From Camelus ferus (taxonomy: Eukaryota), in contig NC_045697.1 of the NCBI RefSeq assembly GCF_009834535.1, positions 20,276,001 to 20,340,000 on the forward strand: 64,000 nt of DNA. Direction: 5' to 3'. The translations under genes were made by a program, and so were the position numbers. This document shows positions 26,731 to 39,487 of the stretch, one piece after another. The notes under the pieces were generated by a model, which had not been told where the DNA came from, did no database searches, and saw only the letters and a list, made by a program, of their open reading frames with translations. How positions within the stretch are numbered: the first letter of the stretch is position 1; every line of letters begins with the position of its first letter.

Positions 26731-27204
26731 GCCATTTTACTTTGTATATTATACATTTATGGGTGTTTTCAGACTAATTACAATTTAAAAATAACAATGT
26801 TATTAAATATTTTAAATTATAGCCATGATATATTTCTATATATCTTTTTATGTGCTTAAATTTACTTATTTATTTGCATCACATAAGTGCAGCACTTTGT
26901 TACGCTCACAACTGCTCTATGATCAGCCATCCTATGTATACGGGACAACACGTGAAAATTTGAAATTCACAATTTTGCGAAAGCTCTGAAAAGTCTGGGT
27001 TTTTTTTTTATAGTTTATTGTTTTGTTCACCAATTTAGCAATTGAACATTTAGCAACATGGCCAGATATAAATTTAGCAAGGACAATGCATTATTTTTCA
27101 ATAGATTAAATAGGAAATCAAATAAGTAGAATAAATATATTTTTAAGTGCTGTGACATTGAAAAAAATAATGAAATTCTAGCAATCTTGGGAAATGAAGT
27201 TATG

Positions 27205-27240
27205 GAGAGAGAGAGAGAGAGAGAGAGTCACAGAGAGGCA
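27205..27240. repeat. (GA)n microsatellite
   Basis: Directly visible. Confidence 0.85.
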
Positions 27241-28904
27241 GACACAGAAAATTAGGCTATGGAGACAAATTACCCTGAGCATCCCCTCTGCTTTCTATTA
27301 TTCTTCAGACAGTTCTTTCAGAAAGCAATGGCCCAGAGCTGAAAACTAGATTTTGCTATTGTGATCAAAACCCAATTGCCTGATACTGCCAATGTCTTCT
27401 GTGCTAGAAACACATTTAAATGATAATAAAGCAGCAGTACTGAAGATGTTCCAGCTCATATTCATTTGACAATGAGAAAGTGTAGTATGCTTTGATTGTA
27501 ATTGCTGTCAGACATTGAAATGGTTCTCCTACACGTGCTTATTCTGAATTTATTTTCTCTATAACTTATAATGATGTCACTAGCCAGTCAGCAACCAGGA
27601 AACAACAGGAAACATGTTAGGTAAGTTGGAAGTTTTTCATGTTGGAAATGCTAGATCTAAAAATACAGTTATGCCACAAGCTGATTTATAGTGGTGCTTT
27701 TGGTTATTTACTGTGTTATCATGAAATAACTCTGTTGTATTTTTGTGATTTACCAAGTGCTTTATGTAAAATTCTGGGTGGTGATTTAGCACAGCTCTCT
27801 AAACAATTCCTCTCCTCTCTGCGGCTCCTGATGCCAACTCTGATTTATGATGTCAGAATGAAGATGAGAAGCTTCCATATAAAACAGATCGTTTGTGGGT
27901 AGGAATCCGGCTATGGTAGCCATGCTGGACACTGATGGGTTCTCACTGAGGAGCTAAAATGCCAACAGGCACGGCCAGAGACTGCCTGTAAAATCACTGG
28001 TCTCCACAGCTGTCAAACTCTCATCCAATCTGCCACGAGCCAAGACCACTTCTAAAGCTCACTGAACTTCCCATTCATCTTGAGAAGAGCTCTAGCCAAA
28101 TTTGGAAGAAAGAAATAGGTCTATGATAGGCAATAAAGCAGTTTAGTATTCTCTTTTTTTTCTCCTTTTTATCCATGCAGTCTAAATGCTCATATAGGTA
28201 GATTTCCTAGGTTTGAAAGAGCAAGGTTATTTGATGTTATATCTTCTATTCAGTATTTGAAGGAATACATTTGGTAAATTGAGTTAGTTGTCCCACCAGT
28301 GTACCTAGCAAACATCTACAATTTTGTTTATTATAATGGCAATCTTAAGTGGACAGTCAGCAAGTATCCAGTGAATGTGACCAATCCAGGCACGCAATGG
28401 CCCATGGCTTATTGAAACCTGACTAATGATTGATAATAATGCTATTGTCAAATCGGCTGTGTGACATTAGTTATCTATCATTATGTTTGCCCAAATGAAG
28501 GCACTGATGCCGTTTTAGATCTATTTATTTTTGCGTCTTTAAAACATGACCAACATTAATCAGTTTGCATAATTCAATTAAAATTTTTGAATGATAATAA
28601 TTGTGAAGTTACCTCGGTTTGGGGTTTGTTTAAAAAGCCAATGAATCAATGAGTAAATTTTGAGAATCATTTCATTTGATACTCTGGTAACCAGCATTTT
28701 GATCTGTATCAACTTGTACACTATAGGTAGTAATATTTTTGTGACCCATGTGTCTTAGAAAATAAATGTACCCCGCAGCTTGACTTGGCCAGAAGACCCA
28801 GTCAGAATGAATCTTGAAGTTATCCTAGCTGAGTGTTTTCAGATATAGGTTAACTTATCTTGTTACAAAATTTTATAGCACTTCTACCATCAATCAAGAA
28901 ATCA

Positions 28905-30240
28905 GAAAGAAGCAAGATGGCAGAGTAGAAGGACACTTGTAGCTCACCCTCTCCCACAAATACACTAAAACTCACATCTACAGACCTACTCAGCCAACCA
29001 GAGCACCTGCCGAACTCTGACAGAACACTGCCTCCTTCGAAAGACAAAGACACCAAAAATCTGGTAGGAGAAAAGGAAAAAAAGAAGAAAAAGCAAAACA
29101 GTGCAGGACCAGTCCTGCGGGGAGGGAGTGGCAAAGGAGAACTGGCGCTCGTTCACTGGGTCTCCCCTCTCCAACGGAGAGGCCAGTGGGGACAGAGAGG
29201 GAGACTCTGAGGCTCAGATCTGCCCTGAGCACCCCTTGACCGACAGAACTGAGTTAAACAGGCACAAAGGGTCCCCGTGACACCCAGCCCGAGACGTAAG
29301 CCGGCAGCTGGAGCTGGGACAGGCCGCCCGAGCCGGGTGGAGGACTGGAGCGGCTGCACTGAGGTAGCCCTGGGGGACTGCAGGGTGCTGCGTGCTGTGG
29401 CTGGGAGGGGATACAGAGCAGAACTACCTAGGTCCCCCATAAGTTGTGATAAAAGCAAAGCAACATGGCTGGTGTGCCCTGGGGAGAGGGGCGCCGTAGC
29501 CTTTGTCTCCTCAAACCGGCACCGCCATTACTGGCACTTCTTGCGAGAAGAGAAGCAGGGTGCAGCCACAGCTGCCATCTCCTCCTGTGTGCAGCACCCA
29601 GGCCGGGGCGGGACTGAGACCCGAATCTGTACTTGGGGCTCTGCAACCTCCTAGGCAGGACTGAGACTTGTTTACAGCCCAAGGCAGATAGGATCTTTCT
29701 GCCCTGGCACCTCAGAGAACTCACACCACCAAGACAAACAAGGAGCTGAGTTTTGGCATGGAGCAGGGGCGGGGCTGGTCCACGGTCTTCCTCAAGCCCA
29801 CCTTCTGAGTGCCGACCCAAGGCAGAGCAGGCAGCTGCATAGAGCAGCGGAGCGACCTGCTCCAGGAGAGGGCGGGCAGCCACTTTCCTTCCTGGCAGGA
29901 ACGCAGCACCTGACCACGGTGCTGGGAGGGGGCATGATCCACCCACCTGTCTCCCCCAAGAGCAGCATCTGATTGTGGCATCGGAAGGGGGAGTGACCCA
30001 CCTGCCCACAAGGCAAGAGCTCAGCACTTGACCCAGTGTTGGGAGGGGGCGTGATCTGCTAGCCAACAGCCACTGGGAGCAGCACAGATGAGGGCGCCAA
30101 CAGAGGTCCTCTGGAAACAGCAAGCTGAGTTCATGAAACAGGGCGAAGACACAAAGACCTCTCAATAAAATCATTACGAGCACACCGTCTCCACGAGAAC
30201 TGAATAACTGATATTCCTTAAGCCACAGTGGCAGAGAGAT
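28905..30240 (+). promoter_or_regulatory. L1 5'UTR internal promoter (GC/CpG-rich, with ~60-bp degenerate repeats)
   Basis: YY1-type caagatggc at the start; CpG-rich; gggagggggc...tga-like units at about 29925, 29983 and 30041. Confidence 0.7.
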
Positions 30241-31143
30241 ATGAGCAATATGAAGCAGAGGAACCACTCCCAATTAAAAGATTAAGAGAAATCCCCTGAA
30301 AGCATGATCAAGGAAATAGACATTGATGGCCTACTAGATCAAGATTTCAAAAAAAGGAGTGATCATAGTACTGAAAGAACTAAAAGAAATAGTGTTTAGA
30401 GATATAAAATATGTCAAAAATGAAATAGAAGCTATCAAGAACCAAGTAGAATTAGTAAACTCATTTGTTGAGATGAGAGCTGACCTAAAGGCTGTACGAA
30501 GCAGACTAGATAATGCAGAGGAACGAATAAGTGACCTAGAAGACAGGACAACAGAAAGCACCCAATCAGAACAACTGAGAGAAAAACAAATAAAAAACAA
30601 TGAAAACAATATAAGGGACCTATGGGATAATATAAAGCATGCCAATCTATGCATAATAGGGGTTCCCCAAGGGGAAGAAAGAACAAAGGGGATTGAGAAA
30701 GTATTGGAAGAAGTCATGACTGAAAACTTCCCAAACCTAAAGAAAGAATCAGATATCCAAGTACAGGAGGCTCAGAGGGTCCCAAACAGGAAGAACTCAA
30801 ACAGACCCACACCAAGACATATCGTAATCAAGATGGCCGGAATCAAGGATAAAGAAATGATCCTAAAGGCAGCAAGAGAAAAACAAAGAGTGAGTTACAA
30901 GGGAACCCCCATAAGGCTCTCAACTGAATTCTCTACACAAACAGTACAGGCCAGAAGGGAGCGGCAAGATATATTCAAAGTCCTGAATGAAAAACTAATG
31001 CAGCCTAGGATACTCTATCCAGCAAGGCTATCCTTTAAAATAGAAGGAGAGATAAAAAAAAAAACTTCACAGACAAGCAAAAACTAAAAGAGTTTAGCAA
31101 CACTAAACCTATGCTAAAAGAAATATTCACAGGTCTACTCTAA
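30241..31143 (+). pseudogene. L1 ORF1p (coiled coil-RRM-CTD), disrupted
   Basis: ORF 30359-31087 has RLDNAEERISDLED, NLCIIGVPQGEE, PRHIVIKM and RILYPARLSF motifs; premature TAA at 30283-30285; frameshifts in A-runs near 30350 and 31060. Confidence 0.92.
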
Positions 31144-31282
31144 ATAGAAGAGAAGCAGGATGCTACAAAAATGATAAACTCGTAACTGGAAAGGATAACT
31201 GCCATGAATTACAAAAAGAATAAACACAAAACTGTAAAAGAAGACATCTAAATCAGTAAGAGTGGGAGAGGGATGCAAGGAA

Positions 31283-31653
31283 AGCCACTGTGGAAAACAG
31301 TATGGAGATTCCTCAAAAGACTAGGAATAGACTTACCATGTGACCCAGGAATCCCGCTCCTGGGCATATATCCAGAAGGAACCCTACTTCAAAATGACAC
31401 CTGCACCCCAATGTTCATAGCAGCACTATTCACAATAGCCAGGACATGGAAGCAGCCTAAATGTCCATCATCAAATGACTGGATAAAGAAGAGGTGGTAT
31501 ATTTATATGATGGAATACTATTCAGCCACAAAAACCGACAACATAACACCATTTGCAGCAACATGAATGTTCCTGGAAAATGTCATTGTAAGTGAAGTAA
31601 GTCAGAAAGAGAAAGAAAAATACCATATGAGATCACTCATATGAGGAATCTAA
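31283..31653 (+). pseudogene. L1 ORF2p C-terminal remnant only
   Basis: [11 protein letters not shown]...CTPMFIAALFTIARTWKQPKCPS...WYIYMMEYYSA; no endonuclease or RT sequence upstream. Confidence 0.9.
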
Positions 31654-32054
31654 AAAAAAATAAATAAATACAAAACAAAAACAGACTCATAGACATAGAA
31701 TACAAACTTGTGGTTGCCAAGGGGACAGGGGGTGGGAAGGGATAGACTGGGATTTTAAAATGCAGAATAGATAAACAAGATTATGCTGCATAGCATAGGG
31801 AAATATATACAAGATCTTGTGGTAGCTCATAGCGAAAAAAAAATGTGACAATGAATATATATATGTTCATGTATAACTGAAAAATTGTGCTCTACACTGG
31901 AATTTGACACAACATTGTAAAATGAGTATTACTCAATGAAAAAAATGTAAAAAAAAAAAAACAAAGGAAAGGGGAAAAAAGAAAATAAGAACAATGCTTA
32001 TGAGGATTTAATGTGATAATTAAAGATCTATTATAATTAAAAAAAAAAAAAAAA

Positions 32055-32375
32055 GAAAGGGGTACATTGTCCAGAAATAAAGTCCATTTGGAAAGTAGAG
32101 ATACATTCTTCCTTTTCTGGGACATCGATGCTAGTACTCCTTCCCTGGCATCAAGGCCATAACTGACTTGCTTTGTATGTGCTGATCTGCCTTTTTTGAA
32201 ATCTTGAATGAATGTACCTCTTTTATATTTGACGTTCGATGTTTTTTTTTTTTTCTGACAAGATACAAAACTGTGCTGAAAACCATGCTTCTCTGGAGTA
32301 GTTCCTCAGAGCTATCTGAGAGGCTGTCTCCTGGGGTATAGTGGCTCAAATAAAATTCTCCTCTATTCTTCTTAC
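32055..32375 (+). mobile_element. Transduced ERV LTR U3-R segment ending at the LTR polyA site
   Basis: aaaactgtgctgaaaaccatgcttctctggag...gaggctgtctcc...ctcaaataaaattctc resembles cetartiodactyl ERV1 LTRs; no U5 or CA terminus; poly-A follows. Confidence 0.65.
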
Positions 32376-33909
32376 AAAAAAAAAAGAAATCAATAATATT
32401 ATAGGATATAGTTTCTAAATATCTAGATTTATGATCAGAATAACTGAAAAATCTGTTTTAAATCTCTCTTACATAATTGTAGCCTTTTAAAAATATATAA
32501 CTAAATTAAGCCATTCATTTTCATATATTTGTAAAAGGCAAGGTTATATCAATAACTGTATATCAGTTTACACATGTAACTTTAGATAAGCTATATTTTC
32601 TTCTCTCTGTAATGCTCTGTCTTGTTTTGTATTTCTGCTTATTTCACCCAAATACTGGTCTCTGGTGTTTCTCAGCCTCTGTTTTCATGCTGGAAACAGA
32701 TTTCCTACCTTGATGAATGAGCTCTGCCAGAGCTTATGTACTTTGATGCCCTGGCACCTCTTGGAGTAATAATGAGAACTGTTGCATCCTAATAGGCATT
32801 GCTGTTAACTCTGGTGAGAAAAGGGATTTTACAGCATGATTTATTGACTACACAAAATGATTCCAAAACTGATTTGCTGGCTGACAAGTAACAATAATAT
32901 TACCAGTTGATATTAAACTTACGTAAATAGAAAGTTAATATAAAAAAGCTGATTTAAAAGAATATTTCTGTGCTGACATATCTAAAATGAAAAGATCTAA
33001 GTCCTGTATCTTAATGGCTTGCAGGCTTGAAAACCAACTGCATGTAACATGAGTAGCCAAATGCCTGATGGCTGTGATAGCTCATAGATAACCTTGAGAG
33101 AATAATTATCTACAGACCTGGCCAATTCCTTGCCTTGATTTATCTCATCCCAACATTCTCCAAAGTTTGTGTTCCTATGCCTGTGATAATGGCATTTTTA
33201 AAATCAGAATACAACATGAAATGCCATGTACCCATCTATTAAATGTCTTGAACTACAGCCCAGCCTTCAGAGATAAGATAAAATCTGAATATATTAAGCA
33301 TTCTCTAAAAAAGGATATTATTTCTTTGGTCTCTAAAGGTGGGTGAAAAATAAGTTTAACTTCCCATGGCATGATGTGTGGGTGGGTGTGTCCTACTGAA
33401 TTCTGGCATTAGAGCTATGAGGTGATATATATATATGACGTGGATCAAAATTCCAAGAGGAAAAACAATTTGTCCTGAATTCACAGAGCTATTAAATTTG
33501 GAATTAAAATCTAGGTCAGTCTAACTTTATAACCAATGCCCTTTCCACTAGATTAATACAGGTATTAAAACTTTTGATTTAATGTTGTGATTATTATTGA
33601 CTTATTATGGAAAGAAAGCACAGATGTTATGAAAAAGCAGGTGTGAAAAACTAAATTTTTTTGCCTTTGACTTCTGTGGGATTCATCTAAAAAAACGAAA
33701 ACTAAACAAAATCAAGTATCTCCTTTCTGCACCAGTAAAGAGTACAAAAGCTTTTAAAGTATATTCTGTGAAGCAAAGTTCTTTGAAGTTTTCCAAAAAG
33801 GAGGAGGTCTGGTGGTTTAGACACAGCATTTGACACTTCATGGCACCCTCCTTGTACCTTTCATCCAGAGATGTTGTTTGGCAAAAGCCCTGACTGACTC
33901 AAAATATGT

Positions 33910-34075
33910 TAACATGGAAACACTGGTCACATATATACTCTTCATTTTAGAGATGAGGCATTTGATGCCTAAAAGGAAGTGAACTATTTGAGCTTACCCA
34001 GACAGGTAGAGAGAGCGCTGGGACTCAGAGTTACGCTTCTGATTCCCTGAACAGAGCTCTTTGCACTTTACCAAG
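33910..34075 (-). mobile_element. MIR SINE
   Basis: cattttagagatgaggcatttgatgcc...gctgggactcag...ttctgattcc. Confidence 0.65.
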
Positions 34076-35039
34076 CTGCTTTTCTGATATTTGACTAGCT
34101 TTGGAAATTGCAGATTCTAAAGGCTATGAATCCAAATGCTTGTACATTTGGCTTTTCCTTTGTACATTTCATAATAGCTCAGTGGCTGTGGAGAAGGTAA
34201 TCTGCTTCTCAGTGTGCCTGTTCTTTTACTACCGGCGATAATCTACTGAGTTCTGGAGTTCCCATAATATAAGCAACTCCCTTTGTGACTTTCAATTGCT
34301 GTAGGTCTGTAATGGTGCTTGGCACTTTAATAATTAGTCTACAGGGAGCTTTAATAGAGTAGGGCAACTGTTTTAATTAATTTAATCCCCAGAACATGAG
34401 TTGACCATTAGACATCAAATCACAGTTTAGCTCCAAGAGTATTTGAACTCTGAGGAAATCACATTTGTAACTACAGTGGGGATAACATTATCTTCTGTTA
34501 TAAAACAATGCACTGCAGCTGATTTGGCTTCACTGGCCTCTGACACTGGTAAATGGAAGTCATTATTTCTATTGGAATGAATGTATAAAGGAAACAGCTT
34601 TAGAGTTTGGCTTTGGATAATGTAGAAATGATGTGTGCTGGCCTAATTCATGAGAAGCAATAGACAAATAGAAAAGAAGGACGTTTTAAAACTTGTAGAG
34701 TGCATATTTTCAGCTGAGTAAAGAAATGCATATTGCAAAGCGACTTAGAAAGTTAATTTGGCTCAAAAAGAACAATATTGCAATAACGTGTCTTTATACT
34801 CTGATAACTTACTTTATGTTATTTTTTTTAAACTGTAGGACTGACTATTTTAGTCTCTCGTTTATTCAGACACTTTTATTATACATACACTATGTACGGA
34901 GAAAATGCTAAGGTGCAGAGGCCAGGAGGGAAAGTATTTGCAAGCATAATAAAATCACAAACTAGAGTTTACATAATGTGTTTTCATTTACATAAAGGGA
35001 TTATGTTCTACAACAAATTGAGAAGATTCTTTTCCCACT

Positions 35040-35420
35040 GGTTCATGTATTCCTTTCTACATCCCATTTACAACTGGAACATCTATTATGCAAGGCATGG
35101 TCCTAGGCCCTGGGGGATGGAAAGGAATAAGATACATAAGGTAACCTCCAAGAACTTAGAGCGAAGTGGATAGGACAAGTGAGCAAAGGGGCAATTAAAC
35201 ACTGTGTGATGAAGTTGGATAATAATGTTAATTACAGGGTGCTGCAGGAGGATATAGGAAGGACACATACTCACTCTTGAGATCCCAGAAATTTTTGTAG
35301 ACAACATGCTACTTGGATTAAAAAGCTGAAGATCAAGAGGCTATAGTCAGATCTAGAGTTGGGTAAAGTTGTTCCAGGAAAGAAGAGTAACCGTTCAAGG
35401 ACACAGATTCAAGAGAGCTT
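35040..35420 (-). mobile_element. L2 3' fragment
   Basis: ctattatgcaaggcatggtcctaggccctggggg...ttccaggaaagaagag. Confidence 0.6.
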
Positions 35421-35704
35421 TTGCTTGGTTTTTTCATTTTAAAGAGATTCTCGCTACTAGAATAGGAAGTGTGTAATAACTCTTAAGACATGTGTGTTTT
35501 TGTTTTGTTTCAAATATTCTACTGCTTCCCAGATTTGTTGAAAATGTACTGGCCATGTGCATGCATGGTCCTCGGCAATTTCATGTGCATTGTATCTTTT
35601 TGTTCTCCAACCAAACCTCTGAATTAAGAAGATTCTACCTTAACCCTTTAAAGCATGCTTTCTATTGACATGTATTACAGAATAACATCAAGAATATTCA
35701 AACA

Positions 35705-36063
35705 AAAACAGAGAGGGCCAATGTTCGAATATATATCACTATATAAGTGAAGTGTAAAATATAATGCAAAAGAATCTGAACACAAGCCAAAGACTCACAG
35801 GCAAAGGAAAAAACAATTATGGTTACCAAAGGGAAGAGAAGGCGGGAGGCATAAATTAAGAGCATGGGATCAGCAAGCTACCATACAGAAAAGAGACAAG
35901 AAATGAGGATTTACTGTACAGCACAGGGAACTGCACCCAATATCTTATAATAAGTTATAATGGAATATAATCTATGAAAAATAGAAAAAAAACTTGAATC
36001 ACTATACTGTACACCTAAAACTAATGCAATATTGTAAATCAACTATACTTCAATTAAAAAAAA
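35705..36063 (+). mobile_element. Cetartiodactyl-type L1 3' end
   Basis: agactcacag...tatggttaccaaaggg...tactgtacagcacagggaac...tgtaaatcaactatacttcaattaaaaa. Confidence 0.85.
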
Positions 36064-37079
36064 CAAAAAACAGAGAGAGAGAAAGAAAAAGACAGAGCAA
36101 GAGAGAGAGATTCTCCTGCACGGAAGTGAATAATCAACATGCACCTTTCCTCCCTGACACTTTATAAAGGAGAGAATCAGTCTTTTCTATTTCAATACAA
36201 TGCTTCTTTGCAAGTTGGTTTTCCAAAAAGTAAGATGCAGACTTTGAGTTTTTTAGGGTAACCCTTGCACTTTTATCAAATTGTCCTATTGGAATTTTGG
36301 CGGCCTCTCAGAATCCCTGAAGTCCTTTATAGAGTGCCTTGAAACATAAATCCAAATCTCTCCATGAATGCCCCTGAAGTATTCTTCAAAACATTCTTTA
36401 AAGTTACACTGTCATTTTAATGTTAAACTGTTGAAATAACTACTAAAATAGTTAAAGCATTTTAAAAATTATGAACCAGTTGCTTAAAATTTGGTGTTCT
36501 CTGTTTCTAAATGCTCTTATCCAAGATATAGCCATGCTTCTAGATTTCAGCTTCAGCCAGGATCGCATAATGACATATCTCCAGGTGCATCACAACAGAG
36601 AGGAAGGAATAACCAAAACAGCCTTCTCCTCTGGCATCAATGACCCTCTAGCCAGAAGCCCCATCTTCCCACGTCTCGGTCTGTTTTTAATCTGGGCAAA
36701 GTAAAGTGCAGTAATGTCCATCATCACAAGTCATTGAATCCATTGACATAATCTCTGTGCTTCAAGGACTCACAGGGACCTTTGTACTTCATTCAATACG
36801 TGTTCTAAATTAGGATTACAGGTAATTTTTTTAGTCTTTTTTTTAGAAGACTAAAAAAAGCTAGACTCAACCAACCTTGTATTTCTACTCTATCTGAGCA
36901 AATTGGATAAAGAAAAATAAAGATAATCTTTATAATTTTTTTGGCATCATTCCCAGGTAAAACATTAAAATTGGCAAAGCACCTTCTTCTTTTAGGAGAC
37001 AATGCACAAAGTCCAAATGACTATGTATGAGCCCACCACTCTGGTGTCCTTTCATTCACAGCCTACTCTTCCTGTCCCC

Positions 37080-37880
37080 ACATTCATTTATTTTAGTCAC
37101 TTAATAAGTATGTGTTGAGTGTCTGTTACATGTCCAGAGTGGTCCTAGGATATGGGGATATAGCAGGTATAAAGTCAGACAATATCTCTGTTTTACGGGA
37201 GACAGATAGTAACCAATAAATAATAGATGATAAAAATATGTTAAGAGGTTCTAATGTGATGGCAAGATTGATATGGGGAGAGAATTAAGGAGTCTAGGGC
37301 AGAGGTTAAACATGGTGAGAAAGTGACATAGACATAGATATGCTTTGAAGAAGGGAAGGGGTTGACAAACAAGGGGCTCTGAGGGAACACTCAGTGTGAA
37401 GGCTCTGAGGCAGAGAGTGGATTCCAGGAGCTTTATCGTTCTAGCATGTAGTGATCACCGAGGAGAGAAATAGGAGGTGACATTAGGAGGAAACGAGGGA
37501 ACAGATTGTTCGGATCTGTGTAAGGCGTTGTAAAGACTTGGGCTGTTACTTTGTGAGAAAAATGGTTGGCATCCAATGGCATGAAGCAGACAAATGTCTT
37601 ACTCTTTAAAAGAGACATTTTGGCCTCTGTGTTGAGAAGGGTTAGGAGGAAAAAAAGGATACGAACTGAAGACCAATTAGGAGACTATTGCCATAATCCA
37701 AAGAGTGATACAGTGGGATATAGAGAAGTGTTCTGAATCTTTATTAAGGTAGAGATGATGTGATTTCTTAACTGATTGATACAGTGCATGAGAGAAAGGC
37801 GTCAAAGACATCTCCAAAGATTTGACTGAACATCTGGAAGGGTGGTATTGACCTGAGTTGACAAAGACTGTGGACATAGC
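37080..37880 (-). mobile_element. L2 (L2a-like) 3' region
   Basis: cattcatttatt...ttgagtgtctgttac...ggatatggggatatagcag...gaccaattaggagactattgccataatcca. Confidence 0.8.
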
Positions 37881-39487
37881 AGATTAGGGAAATGTACAGG
37901 AGTATGCTCTGCATACACTCTTCCCAGTTTACTGGAGCCTCTGTGCGATCACTCCTATGCCAACCTGTAACATCTGAACCCTGTTCCTTCAAAGGTCCCA
38001 ATTAGGTAATCTGAAAAAATTAAAATTGAGAGCCCCACCAAAATAACAAGAAAATTTGTCTTGAAAAGTCCTGTTGCCTCAGGCTGAATCATACCTTCAT
38101 ACTGTCCACAGAAGCCACAGATCTCTATTCCAATGAGCTATGTGAAAAGTAAACATCCTAGACCAGCTATCGTGTGAGAGCAGTGATAAAATAAGTTGAC
38201 TTGTTTTGGAAAATCAGAATCTCAAGATGACACCTAAACCATATTATGTGAGTAGCTTCCTACCTTGACCTTGAACGAAGCCAGCAGTGCCAACTTACCC
38301 ATTACACACAGTAACCATAGCATCTGAGGACCCATGATAATTTTTTAAGCGTGCACAACAATGCTGTAATTTACTGTAAAATCAGAAAGATAAATTAACC
38401 TAACCAACCTGATTATATTCATCTTTATACCAAAATAATCACAAAATACAATTTTATTATTTATTTGAAGAAGGGGTTCACAAAGACAAAAAGCCTAGGA
38501 CCTAGGAATCATAGCCATAATATATGACACAGAGATCCAGACTTTATTGCAACTATTTTCCATACTACAGTCACCTAGTATGATTAAGTTTATTTTCTTA
38601 CACCAGAACACTCAGCTCTATATCATCAGAGATCTGAAATTCCACATACCAAACTACTTCTTCAGAGGGATACTTGTTTTAAAAAGATGGTATGCTTGGT
38701 TTGTGAATATTGTCTGTTAACTCCTGATTGCAGTACACATGTGTGCTAGAGAAGTACAGAGAAACCTAATAATATTTTTCTCTTTCACAAACCAATGTGG
38801 TTCTCTTTATAAAAAATAAATTCTTCTTTGATAGTCTTTGTTGAGGTTTGAATTTTGGAAATACAATTCAATAATCAAGGGAAATACTGTATAAAGGTAC
38901 TGGACCAGGGCAATGTAAAACAGCAGGTAAATTTAATCCCATATCTGATACTCCACAGGATTGGCTAAGCTTTTGCTTACCTCAAGGACTCTGAAAAAGA
39001 CTGATGGACAATAGCACAAATGAAAAACAAAATGAAACAGCAGTGCCAGATCTGTTTATTTTTGCAAAATGAGCCAAAAAAGATTTTTGATTGATTAAAA
39101 ACAGCTGGCCACTCTTCAGTCACAGCTGTAATACTTAAGTGAAAGTGAATAATAAACCTAGGCAAAAAGTTAGGCTGTTCCACACTCTTCTGATTCATTG
39201 AGAACCCTCTTCTGCTTTTACATTTTTGTTTTTGTTCTGTTTGCTTGTTAGTGTATCGATGGCAACATCAAGAATTAAGGCATAAATCCATTAGATGAAC
39301 TTTCTAAAAATATTTGGAATGGACTGTCCAATGATAAAATGCCCTTGAATGCTCATTCTAGGTGCACAGGAAGGCCTGGAACAACATCCTGGACTGAAAC
39401 TCTGGGAGCTGGGGCAAGAAGATAAGAATATGCTGGGACTGCGGTGTAGCAGTGGAGTGTGGTTGAGATATTTATGAAAACTCAGGG

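Larger units (their letters stand above)
28896..32392 (+). mobile_element. Young L1 with full 5'UTR and ORF1, internal ORF2 deletion, 3'UTR and two 3' transductions; TSD AAGAAATCA
   Basis: caagatggcagagtagaagg 5' end; ORF1; spacer joined to the ORF2 C-terminus at about 31283; three poly-A tracts; TSD at 28896-28904 and 32384-32392. Confidence 0.88.

Noticed and set aside
31270..31295. Splicing as the cause of the L1 ORF2 deletion
   Set aside because: An AG precedes ccactg, but the sister copy has no polypyrimidine tract there and the donor side cannot be verified; not supported.
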